A stretch of DNA of 64,000 nt from an uncultured beta proteobacterium (GTDB taxonomy: Bacteria > Pseudomonadota > Gammaproteobacteria > Burkholderiales > Gallionellaceae), in the NCBI GenBank assembly GCA_963714805.1, contig CAVQPO010000001.1, positions 21,576 through 85,575 of the forward strand, in the 5' to 3' direction. Below the pieces are notes generated by a model. It was given only the letters and a program-made list of their open reading frames with translations. It had not been told where the DNA came from and did no database searches. Positions 8,791 through 18,510 of this stretch are shown piece after piece. Each line of letters opens with the position of its first letter. The stretch's first letter is position 1. The translations under genes and the position numbers were made by a program.

Positions 8791-9894
8791 ATGAACCCTC
8801 TTAAAAAAATCATCTTGGCGATGAGTTTGTCTGTTGCGTTCTTGGCTGGTTCTAGCTTCGCCGACCAGGACGCCATTCCTCATCTGGATCACGTTTTTCT
8901 GATCATGATGGAAAACCGATCCTACAGCGAGATCATCGATAACGCCAATGCGCCATTCATCAATCAAATGGCGCATTCAGCCAACTTGGCGACCAACTAC
9001 TTTGCCGTGGGCCATCCTAGCCTGACTAACTATCTGGAAGTCGTTGGCGGTTCAAACTTCGGCATCGAGAATGACAATTACCCAAACTGGCATAACGCCG
9101 CCCCCAGCGCTAGCTTGAACAACCCGATTGCCGGTTCGGGAACGGATGCCGCTACTCCTGCAAGCATCGCTCCCTTCAACATTGAAATTCAAGCTGCACC
9201 TTATACCGCCAATACCATTGCCGACCAGTTGGTTTTTATCGGCAAAAGCTGGAAAACCTATCAGGAAAGCCTTCCTGCCTCAGGACGTGTGGATGGGGTG
9301 AACATGAGCGATGGCATCTATTCGAACCTGAGTGACGCGTCTATCATCCGCTCTGGCAATTTGCAGCAGCTTTACGCCGTTAAGCACAATCCCTTCGTCT
9401 ACTTCGCCAATGTTCAGAATAACACCACACCTAACAACGGCTTGAATAACACAGTCGATTTCACGGGCATCAATGGCTTATACGCCGACCTGCGCGATGG
9501 CAAAGCACCGAATTTCTCCTTTATCGTCCCAAACCAGTGCCACGACATGCACGGCATCAACAACGGCAGCCCGTTTTGCAGCAGTAACTCAACTTTGCTA
9601 CAAATGGGTGATGCTTCCGTCAAACAACTGGTCACTACAATCAAGGCTTCCAAGTTATGGAAAGAAGGCAAAAACGCGATCATCGTAATGTGGGACGAAA
9701 ACGATTACTCCGCCAGCCCGAATCAGGTCGTTACCATTGTCGATACCAACTATGGGGTCAAAGGTGTGATGAGCAAGCAACCGTATAGCCACTTCTCCTT
9801 GCTGAAGACGTTGGAGGCAGGCTTTGGTCTACCATGCCTAAATCATGCTTGCGACAAAGATGTGAACCTGATGTCCGACCTATTCAAGCGTTAG
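8791..9894 (+). CDS. Secreted phosphoesterase-family protein (AcpA / non-haemolytic PLC family)
   Basis: Signal peptide followed by HVFLIMMENRSY, the family hallmark. Confidence 0.8.
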   Translation: MNPLKKIILAMSLSVAFLAGSSFADQDAIPHLDHVFLIMMENRSYSEIIDNANAPFINQMAHSANLATNYFAVGHPSLTNYLEVVGGSNFGIENDNYPNWHNAAPSASLNNPIAGSGTDAATPASIAPFNIEIQAAPYTANTIADQLVFIGKSWKTYQESLPASGRVDGVNMSDGIYSNLSDASIIRSGNLQQLYAVKHNPFVYFANVQNNTTPNNGLNNTVDFTGINGLYADLRDGKAPNFSFIVPNQCHDMHGINNGSPFCSSNSTLLQMGDASVKQLVTTIKASKLWKEGKNAIIVMWDENDYSASPNQVVTIVDTNYGVKGVMSKQPYSHFSLLKTLEAGFGLPCLNHACDKDVNLMSDLFKR

Positions 9895-9939
9895 ATGTCG
9901 GCGTGCCTACCGCTGTCACTTGATGGAGTGGGCGGAAAA

Positions 9940-10725
9940 TTATATTGATAATTCACCGCTATTAATCCGCCCCCTTTGCTTCCAAAGTATCGCAGCCGCC
10001 CATGCCAGTGAGGCAATAACCGATACGCTACCCAAAACATGGGCAAAAGCCCCCCAATGTTGTGCGTTGCGAATTTGTCCAAACGTACCCAACAAATATA
10101 TCCAGTCATGCGGCCCATCCTCGCCGGTGTGTCCACCCAGTAAAATCAATTGCGGTTGCAAGGCGTCGTAGATGTAGGGAGATAGATCGACAAGACTTAC
10201 GCTAGTCCACCATAAACAAATCGCTGCCCCAAAGTTATCTCGATTGACCACTACAAAAGCGATGCCGATTCCAAAAGGAAAAACGATCTGGAATAGACTG
10301 CCGCCCAGAATCATCATGAACTCGCCGAACGGCCTGAACAATACATGCCCTGCCTCGTGTATCGGCAATAGGATATTGTGCATAAAAGATCCCCCTATTT
10401 CACCATCACGATAATCGTAGCCAATCAAATACCAGCTCCAACAGGCGAGTAGCAATAGGGCAACACAGCGAGCGTAAAAAGTGACAGAGTCCATCCGGTC
10501 CATTGGAAGGAACAGGGACATGAGATAGCAGCCCTTTTCTTCTGGAAATATTTCATCTGGTAAATTCTCTGGAACGGGCAAGCGAGGAGATCGCCCCCAC
10601 TTGAACGTGAAAATCCCACAAGCAGGACAAGGCTCACTAACCGGCAATGGCGTGACGGGTTGGTAACCGCACTTCGGGCATTGAGAATAAGTTTCCGACA
10701 TCGGCAATCCCTGCGTACAGCCCAT
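9940..10725 (-). CDS. Membrane protein with an N-terminal zinc ribbon and an HEAGH (HExxH) motif
   Basis: CPKCGY...CPACG, then about 5 TM segments and LLPIHEAGHVLF. Its ATG overlaps the stop of the upstream gene (TAATG). Confidence 0.6.
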   Translation of the reverse strand: MGCTQGLPMSETYSQCPKCGYQPVTPLPVSEPCPACGIFTFKWGRSPRLPVPENLPDEIFPEEKGCYLMSLFLPMDRMDSVTFYARCVALLLLACWSWYLIGYDYRDGEIGGSFMHNILLPIHEAGHVLFRPFGEFMMILGGSLFQIVFPFGIGIAFVVVNRDNFGAAICLWWTSVSLVDLSPYIYDALQPQLILLGGHTGEDGPHDWIYLLGTFGQIRNAQHWGAFAHVLGSVSVIASLAWAAAILWKQRGRINSGELSI

Positions 10726-13700
10726 TATTCACGAATATTATCAAACAGCTTGACGAACTCAGCCGCAATAACCGGACGGCTGAAGAGATACCCTTGAACT
10801 TCATCGCAGCCGTAGTTGCGCAGGAAAGCAAGCTGTGCATCATTTTCCACTCCCTCAGCGATGACGGAAAGTTGCAGGGTATGCCCCATCTGGATGATTG
10901 CTCTGACAATCGCGGCAGAATCCGGGTCTTCGGCCAGATCGCGCACAAAAGATTGATCGATCTTGAGCTTGTTCACTGACAACTGCTTCAGATAAGACAG
11001 ACTGGAGTAACCCGTGCCAAAGTCGTCAATGGAAAGCTTCACTCCCATTTCTTTGAGGCTGCGCAAGGTTTTGATCACGACATCGATATCCTGCAACAGG
11101 ATGGTCTCAGTCAGTTCCAGCTCCAGTTGAGAGGCTGGCAGACCGGATTGTTTAAGGGCATTGACTACGGTTTCGAACAAGTTACCGCGTTTGAATTGCA
11201 ATGCTGAGAGGTTAACTGCCATCACCAATGGCTGGCCGTTTTCGCACCAGAATTGTGCCTGTCGGCAAGCTTCATTCAACACCCATTCACCCATCTGAAT
11301 AATCAGACCGCTGCGTTCCGCCAGCGGAATAAACTTGCCTGGCGGAATCAGCCCAATCTCGGGATGTTGCCAGCGCACCAAAGCTTCCGCGCCGACTATG
11401 CGTCCACTGCCGATGTCGACCTGCGGCTGATAGTGCAGCAAGAATTCATTATTTTTGACCGCATTGCGCAATTGCCCTTGCAGATGCAGTTGTTCCTGTG
11501 CATCGATATTCATCTTCTCGGAAAAGAAGCGGTAAGTATCGCGACCGCTATCTTTGGCCTGATAAAGTGCGGTATCCGCATTCTTGAGTAGAATGTCAAA
11601 TTCTCTGCCATCGTCAGGGTACAAACTGATCCCGATACTGAATGTGGTATTGATAGAATAATTCTCGATTTCGAAGGAGTCGGCGAAAACATCAATGATG
11701 TGATGGGCGATACCGCTGATCGCTCTCATCTCGCTCAAATGGGGCAGCAACACCACAAACTCGTCTCCGCCCTGACGGCTGATCGTATCGGCATCGCGCA
11801 GACAGCCGCGCAAGCGCTCAACCACACGCACCAGCAACTGGTCACCGTAGTTGTGGCCCAGCGTATCGTTGACCTGCTTGAAATTATCCAGATCGAGGAA
11901 TAGCACCGCCACCCCTGAATGCTCGCGATCCGCCTGTGCAGTTGCCTGTTCGAAACGGTCGCGCAACAGCAGGCGGTTGGGCAAACCGGTCAGCAGGTCG
12001 TGATGGGCCAGAAACTCCAGTTTTCTTTCCGCTGCCTCATGCTCGACACGGGTGCGCAGTGTTTCGATACCGTAAGCCAGATCGCTGGCAAGCTCTTCCA
12101 GCAAAGTCACCTCTTCTTGACTGAATGAATCAGGAATAGAGGAATAAATGGTGAGAGCGCCCAGTACGCGCTTTTTACCGATCAGCGGCAATCCGATGCT
12201 GGAGCGTAAACCGCTCGCAAGTGCAATCTCGCGCCACAGGGCGCTGCGTGGATTGGTCTGGTAGTCCGGGTTGATATCTGTCAGTCCCGTCCTAATTGCG
12301 GTGCCCGTCACGCCATGCCCGTGCTCCGTGTCCGCCCAGGATATCATCAGGCTACCCAGATAATTGTTGTCATCACCGTGCTGCGCAACCGGATGCACGG
12401 ACTTTTCCGCATCCTGTTCGGCAAACCCGACCCATGCCATGCGATAGCCTCCCGTCTCAACGACCAGCCGGCAGATTTCGGACAACAACTTGCCCTCTTC
12501 CACCGCATGCACCAGAGTCGTGTTGCAATCGCTCAGCAACTTGAGTGCGCGGTTCAGTTGCTTCTGGGTTTGTTCGGCAACTTTGCGTTCGGTGATGTCC
12601 TGATTGGCACCTATCAGTCTGGTGGTCACTCCTTGATCATTTTTTTCGATTTTAAAACGTACCAGCACCCAGCGGATTTCGCCATCGGCACACACTATCC
12701 GCGCTTCGGCTTGAGAAAAGAAATCCGGATCATTCGCATTCAACGCACGTTTGATATGTTCGCCAACCAGTTGTGTATCATCCGGATGAACCAGCCGCTT
12801 GGCGAAATCTGCCGCATGCATGCGATATCCTCCCACCTGCCCGGCGGTGGTGTGGTGCAATGAATAGTATTGATCGTTGAAGACAAATTCATCATTGGCT
12901 ACTTCATACTCCCAATGTCCCAAACGGGCTATTTTCAAGGCTTCCGAAAGATTGGCTTCGCTCTCCCGCAATGCAGCTTCCGCCTGCAAGCGAACATTGA
13001 GCATTTCATTGAACTCTTGCGCCACTTCCATGATTTCAGGCGGACCGGCCAGCTCGGCCCTGACTTCATGTCTGCCTTGTCTGATCGCTCGCGAAGCTAA
13101 CGCAAGGGTTCTGATCGGGCGAGCTATCCGGCGCGCGATTAACCATGCAACGCCCAAAATAAGCAACAAACTGATCAAGCCCAGCACAGCATTTCTGAGC
13201 AGTGTGGCGCGAAGCTGGGAATAAACTACGCTGGTCGGGATACCCACATACGCATACCAATCCGCGCCTTTTACCGGGGTAATGGCATAAAACCTAGGAA
13301 TGGAATCAATGCCCACCCCTTCTATTTCTCCATCCTTTAACGCTAATATTTTTTGGATATTTTCGTTGCTTCGCAGATTCTTCCCCACCCATTTTTCAGT
13401 TTCGAGATTGCGCCATACAATGGTTTCATCCGCCGTAATGACCCCCATGATTGTGCCTGGAATCAGAGGAGCTTTGGAAAGGTTGGGTTCATACAGCGCC
13501 AGATCGAGTGGCAGGCCAAGAAAACCGATCTTTTTACCTTGGTCATTGTGGATCGGATAGGTTAGCACCGTCACCCATCTGCCGGTGATAGGGCCAAAGA
13601 AGGGTTCGCCCACAACAAAACCATCTTCGGCAAGTGACCGCTTGACCCATTCCGTCTGGGCAAGCTGCATCGGCTTGCCCCCCGGTTGTGGAACCGCTGA

Positions 13701-14036
13701 ACAAATTGCCGCACCTTGAATGTCGATCACGGTCATGTTCGCCGATTTTGGTAATAGCTCGTGAAAATCCCATAACACTTGGTCGCAATGCTTCCCATCC
13801 ATCTTGCGGATGAGCGGTCGTTTTGACATCTGCACCAGAAAATCTCGGTTTGACATCAAAACACGTTCAACATCCGATGAAGCGACCACGGCAAGAGTGC
13901 GCGCAGTAGATTTTGCCGCCACGATACTTTGCTGCGCATCGTCGTAAATCGTATAAACAAAGATCGCGACCATAGGCAATGCAATGGCCGTCACCAGTGC
14001 CATAAGCTGTACCCGAATTGTGAAGCGCAATTTCAT
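10725..14036 (-). CDS. Sensor diguanylate cyclase/phosphodiesterase (periplasmic Cache-like domain, HAMP, PAS, GAF, GGDEF, EAL)
   Basis: 1103 aa. TM - periplasmic domain - TM, an intact GGDEF (RQGGDEFVV) and EAL (EALVRW...DDFGTGYSS). Confidence 0.9.
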   Translation of the reverse strand: MKLRFTIRVQLMALVTAIALPMVAIFVYTIYDDAQQSIVAAKSTARTLAVVASSDVERVLMSNRDFLVQMSKRPLIRKMDGKHCDQVLWDFHELLPKSANMTVIDIQGAAICSAVPQPGGKPMQLAQTEWVKRSLAEDGFVVGEPFFGPITGRWVTVLTYPIHNDQGKKIGFLGLPLDLALYEPNLSKAPLIPGTIMGVITADETIVWRNLETEKWVGKNLRSNENIQKILALKDGEIEGVGIDSIPRFYAITPVKGADWYAYVGIPTSVVYSQLRATLLRNAVLGLISLLLILGVAWLIARRIARPIRTLALASRAIRQGRHEVRAELAGPPEIMEVAQEFNEMLNVRLQAEAALRESEANLSEALKIARLGHWEYEVANDEFVFNDQYYSLHHTTAGQVGGYRMHAADFAKRLVHPDDTQLVGEHIKRALNANDPDFFSQAEARIVCADGEIRWVLVRFKIEKNDQGVTTRLIGANQDITERKVAEQTQKQLNRALKLLSDCNTTLVHAVEEGKLLSEICRLVVETGGYRMAWVGFAEQDAEKSVHPVAQHGDDNNYLGSLMISWADTEHGHGVTGTAIRTGLTDINPDYQTNPRSALWREIALASGLRSSIGLPLIGKKRVLGALTIYSSIPDSFSQEEVTLLEELASDLAYGIETLRTRVEHEAAERKLEFLAHHDLLTGLPNRLLLRDRFEQATAQADREHSGVAVLFLDLDNFKQVNDTLGHNYGDQLLVRVVERLRGCLRDADTISRQGGDEFVVLLPHLSEMRAISGIAHHIIDVFADSFEIENYSINTTFSIGISLYPDDGREFDILLKNADTALYQAKDSGRDTYRFFSEKMNIDAQEQLHLQGQLRNAVKNNEFLLHYQPQVDIGSGRIVGAEALVRWQHPEIGLIPPGKFIPLAERSGLIIQMGEWVLNEACRQAQFWCENGQPLVMAVNLSALQFKRGNLFETVVNALKQSGLPASQLELELTETILLQDIDVVIKTLRSLKEMGVKLSIDDFGTGYSSLSYLKQLSVNKLKIDQSFVRDLAEDPDSAAIVRAIIQMGHTLQLSVIAEGVENDAQLAFLRNYGCDEVQGYLFSRPVIAAEFVKLFDNIRE

Positions 14037-14517
14037 TTAGCTAATACAATCGAATCGGATGTTGGATCGCTGGACATTTTTAAGCAGTGGATTAAATTTG
14101 AGGTACGTCTTGTCTTGAGCCTATGCTGTGAGACCAACTTATCCGTCAGGAAATTCACCCATTTTCGTATTGTGACACCACCTGCTCCTGCCGGGGCGCG
14201 AAATTTTAACGCGTTCTCTGTTAACACCTTATGGGTGAATATAATAAAAATGTCGGATTGCGAATTTGCTCTTTTGCTCTCTTGCGATCAGTAATGTCTC
14301 GATACTAGAGGAGCGTTCGTCATTGTGAACCGATCTCAGGAAAGCTGCCAGTGGCATAAAACAATTTGCACCGCCGCGAAGATTCTATGAAATTAAGTTA
14401 TCCCCGGCAGAGCCGGGTGACTACCTCATTTATTTACCCACGTCAAGTATCACGGAAGGCCATCCGTTCTGGACTTCATTCAGGCTCAATCACTGCCTCA
14501 ATGGTCGAGGGCTCGAC

Positions 14518-16770
14518 TCAGAGATGCTTGCGATAAAAGTCCAGAAAATCGTCAGCCGGTAATGGGCGGCTGAAGAAGTATCCTTGAATCTGGTCGCAGC
14601 CCATTGTTTTGAGCAGTTCGAGTTGTTCGGCGTTTTCCACGCCTTCGGCCACGGTGGATAGATTGAGCGCTTGCGCCATCGCCACTATTGTCCTGGCAAT
14701 CGCCACATCGTCGGTGTTAGCCGGGGTGTCTTTGATGAAGGCGCGGTCTATTTTTACACAATCAATCGGGAAGCGCTTGAGATAGGCGAGCGATGAGTGT
14801 CCGGTGCCAAAATCGTCAAGCGCCAAGTGGATGCCACGGTCGTGAATTGCGCCCAGCAATTTTATAACTCCCTCCGGATCATCCATCACCATGCTTTCGG
14901 TGATTTCCAGTTCCAGCGAATTGACGGGAAGCCCCGTTTCGGCAAGCGCAACATCAATTTCGTCCAGCAGGTTGGCGGAACGGAACTGCCTTGCGGAGAG
15001 ATTAACCGCCACCCGCAACGGGCGCAAACCAGCTTGCTGCCACTCGGCGTTTTGACGGCATGCTTCCCGCAATACCCAGCGTCCAATCGCAACAATTAAA
15101 CCGGTATCTTCGGCAACGGGTATGAACTCAACCGGGGAAATCATTCCGCGTTCCGGGTGTATCCAGCGGACGAGTGCTTCCATGCCGAGCAAACGACCTG
15201 TCATCGTATCCACCTTGGGCTGGTATTGCAGCCGCAGTTCGCCATTTTCCACCGCATGTTGCAGGTCGGCTGCCAAGCGCAGAACCTTGGTAGCGGCAAG
15301 TCCCATGGCTTCGTCATAGACCGCAAAATCATTGCCGCCCGCTCGCCGCACCCGGTTGCAAGCAGAGGCCGCGTGTTGCACCAGTGTTTCTGCCATGCTC
15401 GCAGGATCGTTGCAATCGTCGCCACCCATGATCGCAGTTCCGATCGACAGCGTTGAGAACAACTCACGCCTTTCAACGTGAAGTGGCAGCTGGGCAGCAC
15501 CGAGCAGTTGCTCGGCACGTCGCTGCGCTTCGGTCAAGTCGCCTGACCAGCGCACCAAAACGAAGGCATTGCTGCCGAAGCGGTAAAGTTTCTCTTCTTC
15601 GGCGTTGGTTCGATCATTCAAACGACTGGCAACCTTGACCAGCCAGCGCTCGGTATCAACCGCACCGTAGCTCTCAAAAATCTCCTGTTCACGGTCAGGG
15701 GCGATCATCATCACCGTTCCCTCCCGCTGCCGGGTAAACGCTGCGCTCAGATCTTTACGCAGGCGGTATTGGTTGGGCAGTCCGGTCGCGGGATCAAAGA
15801 ACGCCTGGTAGGCAAGCTTTTCCTCGGCTTGCTTGCGCGCGGTCACATCCTTGATGTAAACGTGGAACTCGGAAAAGTCTGCCAAATGCGCCACTGTGCA
15901 TTCGAGGGTATGTTTGCCATGCGCATACTCAAATTGCATGTTGGAAGACGGTGCAGCACTGGTTTCAACTAAACGCTGGTGCAAATCGGTGGGCAGCAAT
16001 TGTGCCGATTCCGTGGGTGCGAGATTCAGCCGAGCCAGCAATTCGGCTGTGGCGGGGTTGGCATAGAGCACCTCGCCCCAAGCACCAAGGCGCAACACCG
16101 GGTTAGGATCACGTTCGGGGAACATCGCAAGTCTGCGGCGTTCCAATCCCTCGCGGATGATGGCGACGACATAGTAACCGACAAAAAAAGCGACGCCAAA
16201 AATCAACACCGAGAAACCGATGACCCAGCCCACCATGGTAGATACGCTGTTCTGGGAATCCGCCCCCAGATTGTCAACCGCCTGCTGGTTAGCTGACGAC
16301 ATGGTGGCGAGAGTCGCCTCGATCTGCCGCACCTTGGGCTTGACAAGCGCCAGAAGCGCGCGAGCCTTGTCCCAATCTACATTAGCGCTGGCAAGGGTTG
16401 CGGATAGAACATCGGACAACTGCCCCAGTTCCACCAATCGGGTGCGCAACTCAACCACTTGTTCATGTGAGCCGCTGTCTTTTTCGAGTTCGTCGACTAT
16501 CTTGACCAGATGCTGGTCATTAAGAACGCGCTGTGCCTCGAACGATTCTTTGGTAGCGGTAAAAGAATAATATTCATATAGCAGGCGCTCTTCGTCGGCA
16601 ATGACACCGCGCAGTTCGCCGATACGCTGGGACAGAGGGAGTTTTTCGGCTATAAACATCCGGTTCACGGATTGTACCGAATCGCCCAGAGAGACGATGC
16701 GGGCTGACACCGCAATGCCGACGGTCAAAACGAGCAGAAAAGCCCACCATATTCTGCGCTGAAGCATCAC
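14518..16770 (-). CDS. Membrane GGDEF-EAL protein with a degenerate cyclase site
   Basis: 750 aa. EAL domain is intact (EALVRW, DDFGTGHSS). The GGDEF position reads RFGSNAF. Confidence 0.85.
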   Translation of the reverse strand: MMLQRRIWWAFLLVLTVGIAVSARIVSLGDSVQSVNRMFIAEKLPLSQRIGELRGVIADEERLLYEYYSFTATKESFEAQRVLNDQHLVKIVDELEKDSGSHEQVVELRTRLVELGQLSDVLSATLASANVDWDKARALLALVKPKVRQIEATLATMSSANQQAVDNLGADSQNSVSTMVGWVIGFSVLIFGVAFFVGYYVVAIIREGLERRRLAMFPERDPNPVLRLGAWGEVLYANPATAELLARLNLAPTESAQLLPTDLHQRLVETSAAPSSNMQFEYAHGKHTLECTVAHLADFSEFHVYIKDVTARKQAEEKLAYQAFFDPATGLPNQYRLRKDLSAAFTRQREGTVMMIAPDREQEIFESYGAVDTERWLVKVASRLNDRTNAEEEKLYRFGSNAFVLVRWSGDLTEAQRRAEQLLGAAQLPLHVERRELFSTLSIGTAIMGGDDCNDPASMAETLVQHAASACNRVRRAGGNDFAVYDEAMGLAATKVLRLAADLQHAVENGELRLQYQPKVDTMTGRLLGMEALVRWIHPERGMISPVEFIPVAEDTGLIVAIGRWVLREACRQNAEWQQAGLRPLRVAVNLSARQFRSANLLDEIDVALAETGLPVNSLELEITESMVMDDPEGVIKLLGAIHDRGIHLALDDFGTGHSSLAYLKRFPIDCVKIDRAFIKDTPANTDDVAIARTIVAMAQALNLSTVAEGVENAEQLELLKTMGCDQIQGYFFSRPLPADDFLDFYRKHL

Positions 16771-16882
16771 TTACCCTTTCTGGCAACTCTAACTATTGCA
16801 CGGCGGATGACCGGTATCCATCAAGACACCGGTCATCGCGTATCAGAAACTAATTGGCTGCAATGCTTATCAAGCCTATCGC

Positions 16883-17173
16883 TTAATACTTTCCGGAAAC
16901 TTCGGCCTTGTATCCGGCTGGTTCAAGCTTGCCTCCAATTTTTTCGCAGCTTCCCTTCGGAAGAGGTATGAAATCGTTGGGGTCATTATCAACCTTTGAA
17001 TGCCCGGCGCAGGAATGCTTGCTCTTATTGCTGTTGCAGGCATTCTGGCCCGCCTTGGCAACACCCCAACATTTCTCCTCGTCGGCAGCATAAGCAGAGA
17101 TGGCTGAGGTAGTGATGCCGAGCGCGAGCAAACTGGCAACGGCAGTGTTGATCAGTGTGTTTTGATCTTTCAT
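16883..17173 (-). CDS. DUF2282-type Cys-rich secreted peptide (bufferin-like RiPP precursor, copy 2)
   Basis: Signal peptide ...AISAYAA, then [25 protein letters not shown]...KGSCEKIGG. 4 Cys with spacing C-x10-C-x8-C-x20-C. Confidence 0.8.
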   Translation of the reverse strand: MKDQNTLINTAVASLLALGITTSAISAYAADEEKCWGVAKAGQNACNSNKSKHSCAGHSKVDNDPNDFIPLPKGSCEKIGGKLEPAGYKAEVSGKY

Positions 17174-17273
17174 GATCTGAATCTCCTTTACAAGTTGAAC
17201 AATTTATCCTGCACAGTGCAGATACTTTACCATCTTGAACATGGATTGTCCGCGAAGAGTATGCACGAACTGT

Positions 17274-17732
17274 CTAAGCTGATTTTTGTAATTGCCTTTC
17301 CAGCCAGAAATCCACAGACCATTGCCAGCGGCTTATCAGCAGTAACACAGCCAGCAACAACCCCCAATATAAGTGCTGGTTTAGACCAGCCTCACTCAAT
17401 CCCGAGTAATAAGAAATGACCGCGACCAGGTTAAGGATGAACAACCCCGCTGCCGCGAAACGCCCGAACAGCCCAAAAACCAGCAGCACGGACAGTCCCA
17501 GCTCGGCACTGGTGGCTAGCCATGCCGCAACCTCAGGTGGCAGCAGCGGCACCTGATACACATCGTTGAACAGGTATAGCGTGCTATCCCAACTTTGTAT
17601 TTTGGTCAGCCCGGATTTAAAAAATACGTTAGCCAGTAATAGCCGTATCCCAAGGTCTAACACGGGTGCCAGATATTCCGGCAGGTGGGAAGCGGCGTAG
17701 TAAAATCGGATCGGACGTAATAACTTATTCAT
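17274..17732 (-). CDS. DoxX-family membrane protein
   Basis: 152 aa, 4 TM, with the LLLANVFFKSGLTK-type motif. 8-nt overlap with the upstream gene. Confidence 0.8.
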   Translation of the reverse strand: MNKLLRPIRFYYAASHLPEYLAPVLDLGIRLLLANVFFKSGLTKIQSWDSTLYLFNDVYQVPLLPPEVAAWLATSAELGLSVLLVFGLFGRFAAAGLFILNLVAVISYYSGLSEAGLNQHLYWGLLLAVLLLISRWQWSVDFWLERQLQKSA

Positions 17733-18510
17733 GGCGTTTACTCAAACTGAAATCGATCAGTACATTTTGTGCTACCAGATTTAACAACGCGGCTTGCAAG
17801 TCAAAGTCCGGATGGCGTTCCAGCGTGGCAGTGGTTACCGCACCCAGCGGAACTCCGGCCTGTATGGCTTCCAGCCACGAGGCACCGGATTCCGTCTGTT
17901 CGCTGACCAGAACAACATCATTCTTGCGGCTGACCAGAGCTCTGCATGAACCACTATCGAGATCAATGCGAAAATTGTCGGGCGCGCCGGGCTGGTGGGC
18001 ATGCCAGATTGCGGCAATCGGATAGCGGGAGCGCACCAGATGACACGCAGGGTGGGTGTGCAGGATCAGGTCGGGATATTGCTCGGGCGGTATCATCCCC
18101 AGCTTGCCGATATCCAGCGTGGCTTCATCGTCTGAGAAATAGGCGCAGTGGCAGGCCCACTCCAGAGCCGCAACATCCGGCAGATAGGCCAATCCTTGCG
18201 CAGGTTCGAAGGCAGCCAAAAAGTCTGCCATTCCCGCGCCGTAGTGATGCAGGTTGCCGCTACACGAAAGATGCTGCCCGATGAATTGCCGCGTCATGTG
18301 CCGGAAAAAATCCTTGCCCACGAGTTGCTCGATGACCGGATATGCCCCCGCAAGTGTATCGTGCAGATTGCCGCGATAATTGTTTAGATAAACTTCAATG
18401 GCAACGGAGGCAGAATAATTCCGGTAGTTCGAGTCGATCTGCGACGATATCTCCTCGCCAAGCACGATGGCGCGGGCGAAATCGGACAAGTCTTCGGCCA
18501 ACTCACGCAT
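17725..18510 (-). CDS. DUF2063-family protein (MNIO partner / putative precursor-recognition subunit)
   Basis: 261 aa with N-terminal YRNNYRGNL-like motif (YLNNYRGNLHDTL) and LPDVAALEWA. Position is directly after the DUF692 gene. Confidence 0.75.
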   Translation of the reverse strand: MRELAEDLSDFARAIVLGEEISSQIDSNYRNYSASVAIEVYLNNYRGNLHDTLAGAYPVIEQLVGKDFFRHMTRQFIGQHLSCSGNLHHYGAGMADFLAAFEPAQGLAYLPDVAALEWACHCAYFSDDEATLDIGKLGMIPPEQYPDLILHTHPACHLVRSRYPIAAIWHAHQPGAPDNFRIDLDSGSCRALVSRKNDVVLVSEQTESGASWLEAIQAGVPLGAVTTATLERHPDFDLQAALLNLVAQNVLIDFSLSKRHE

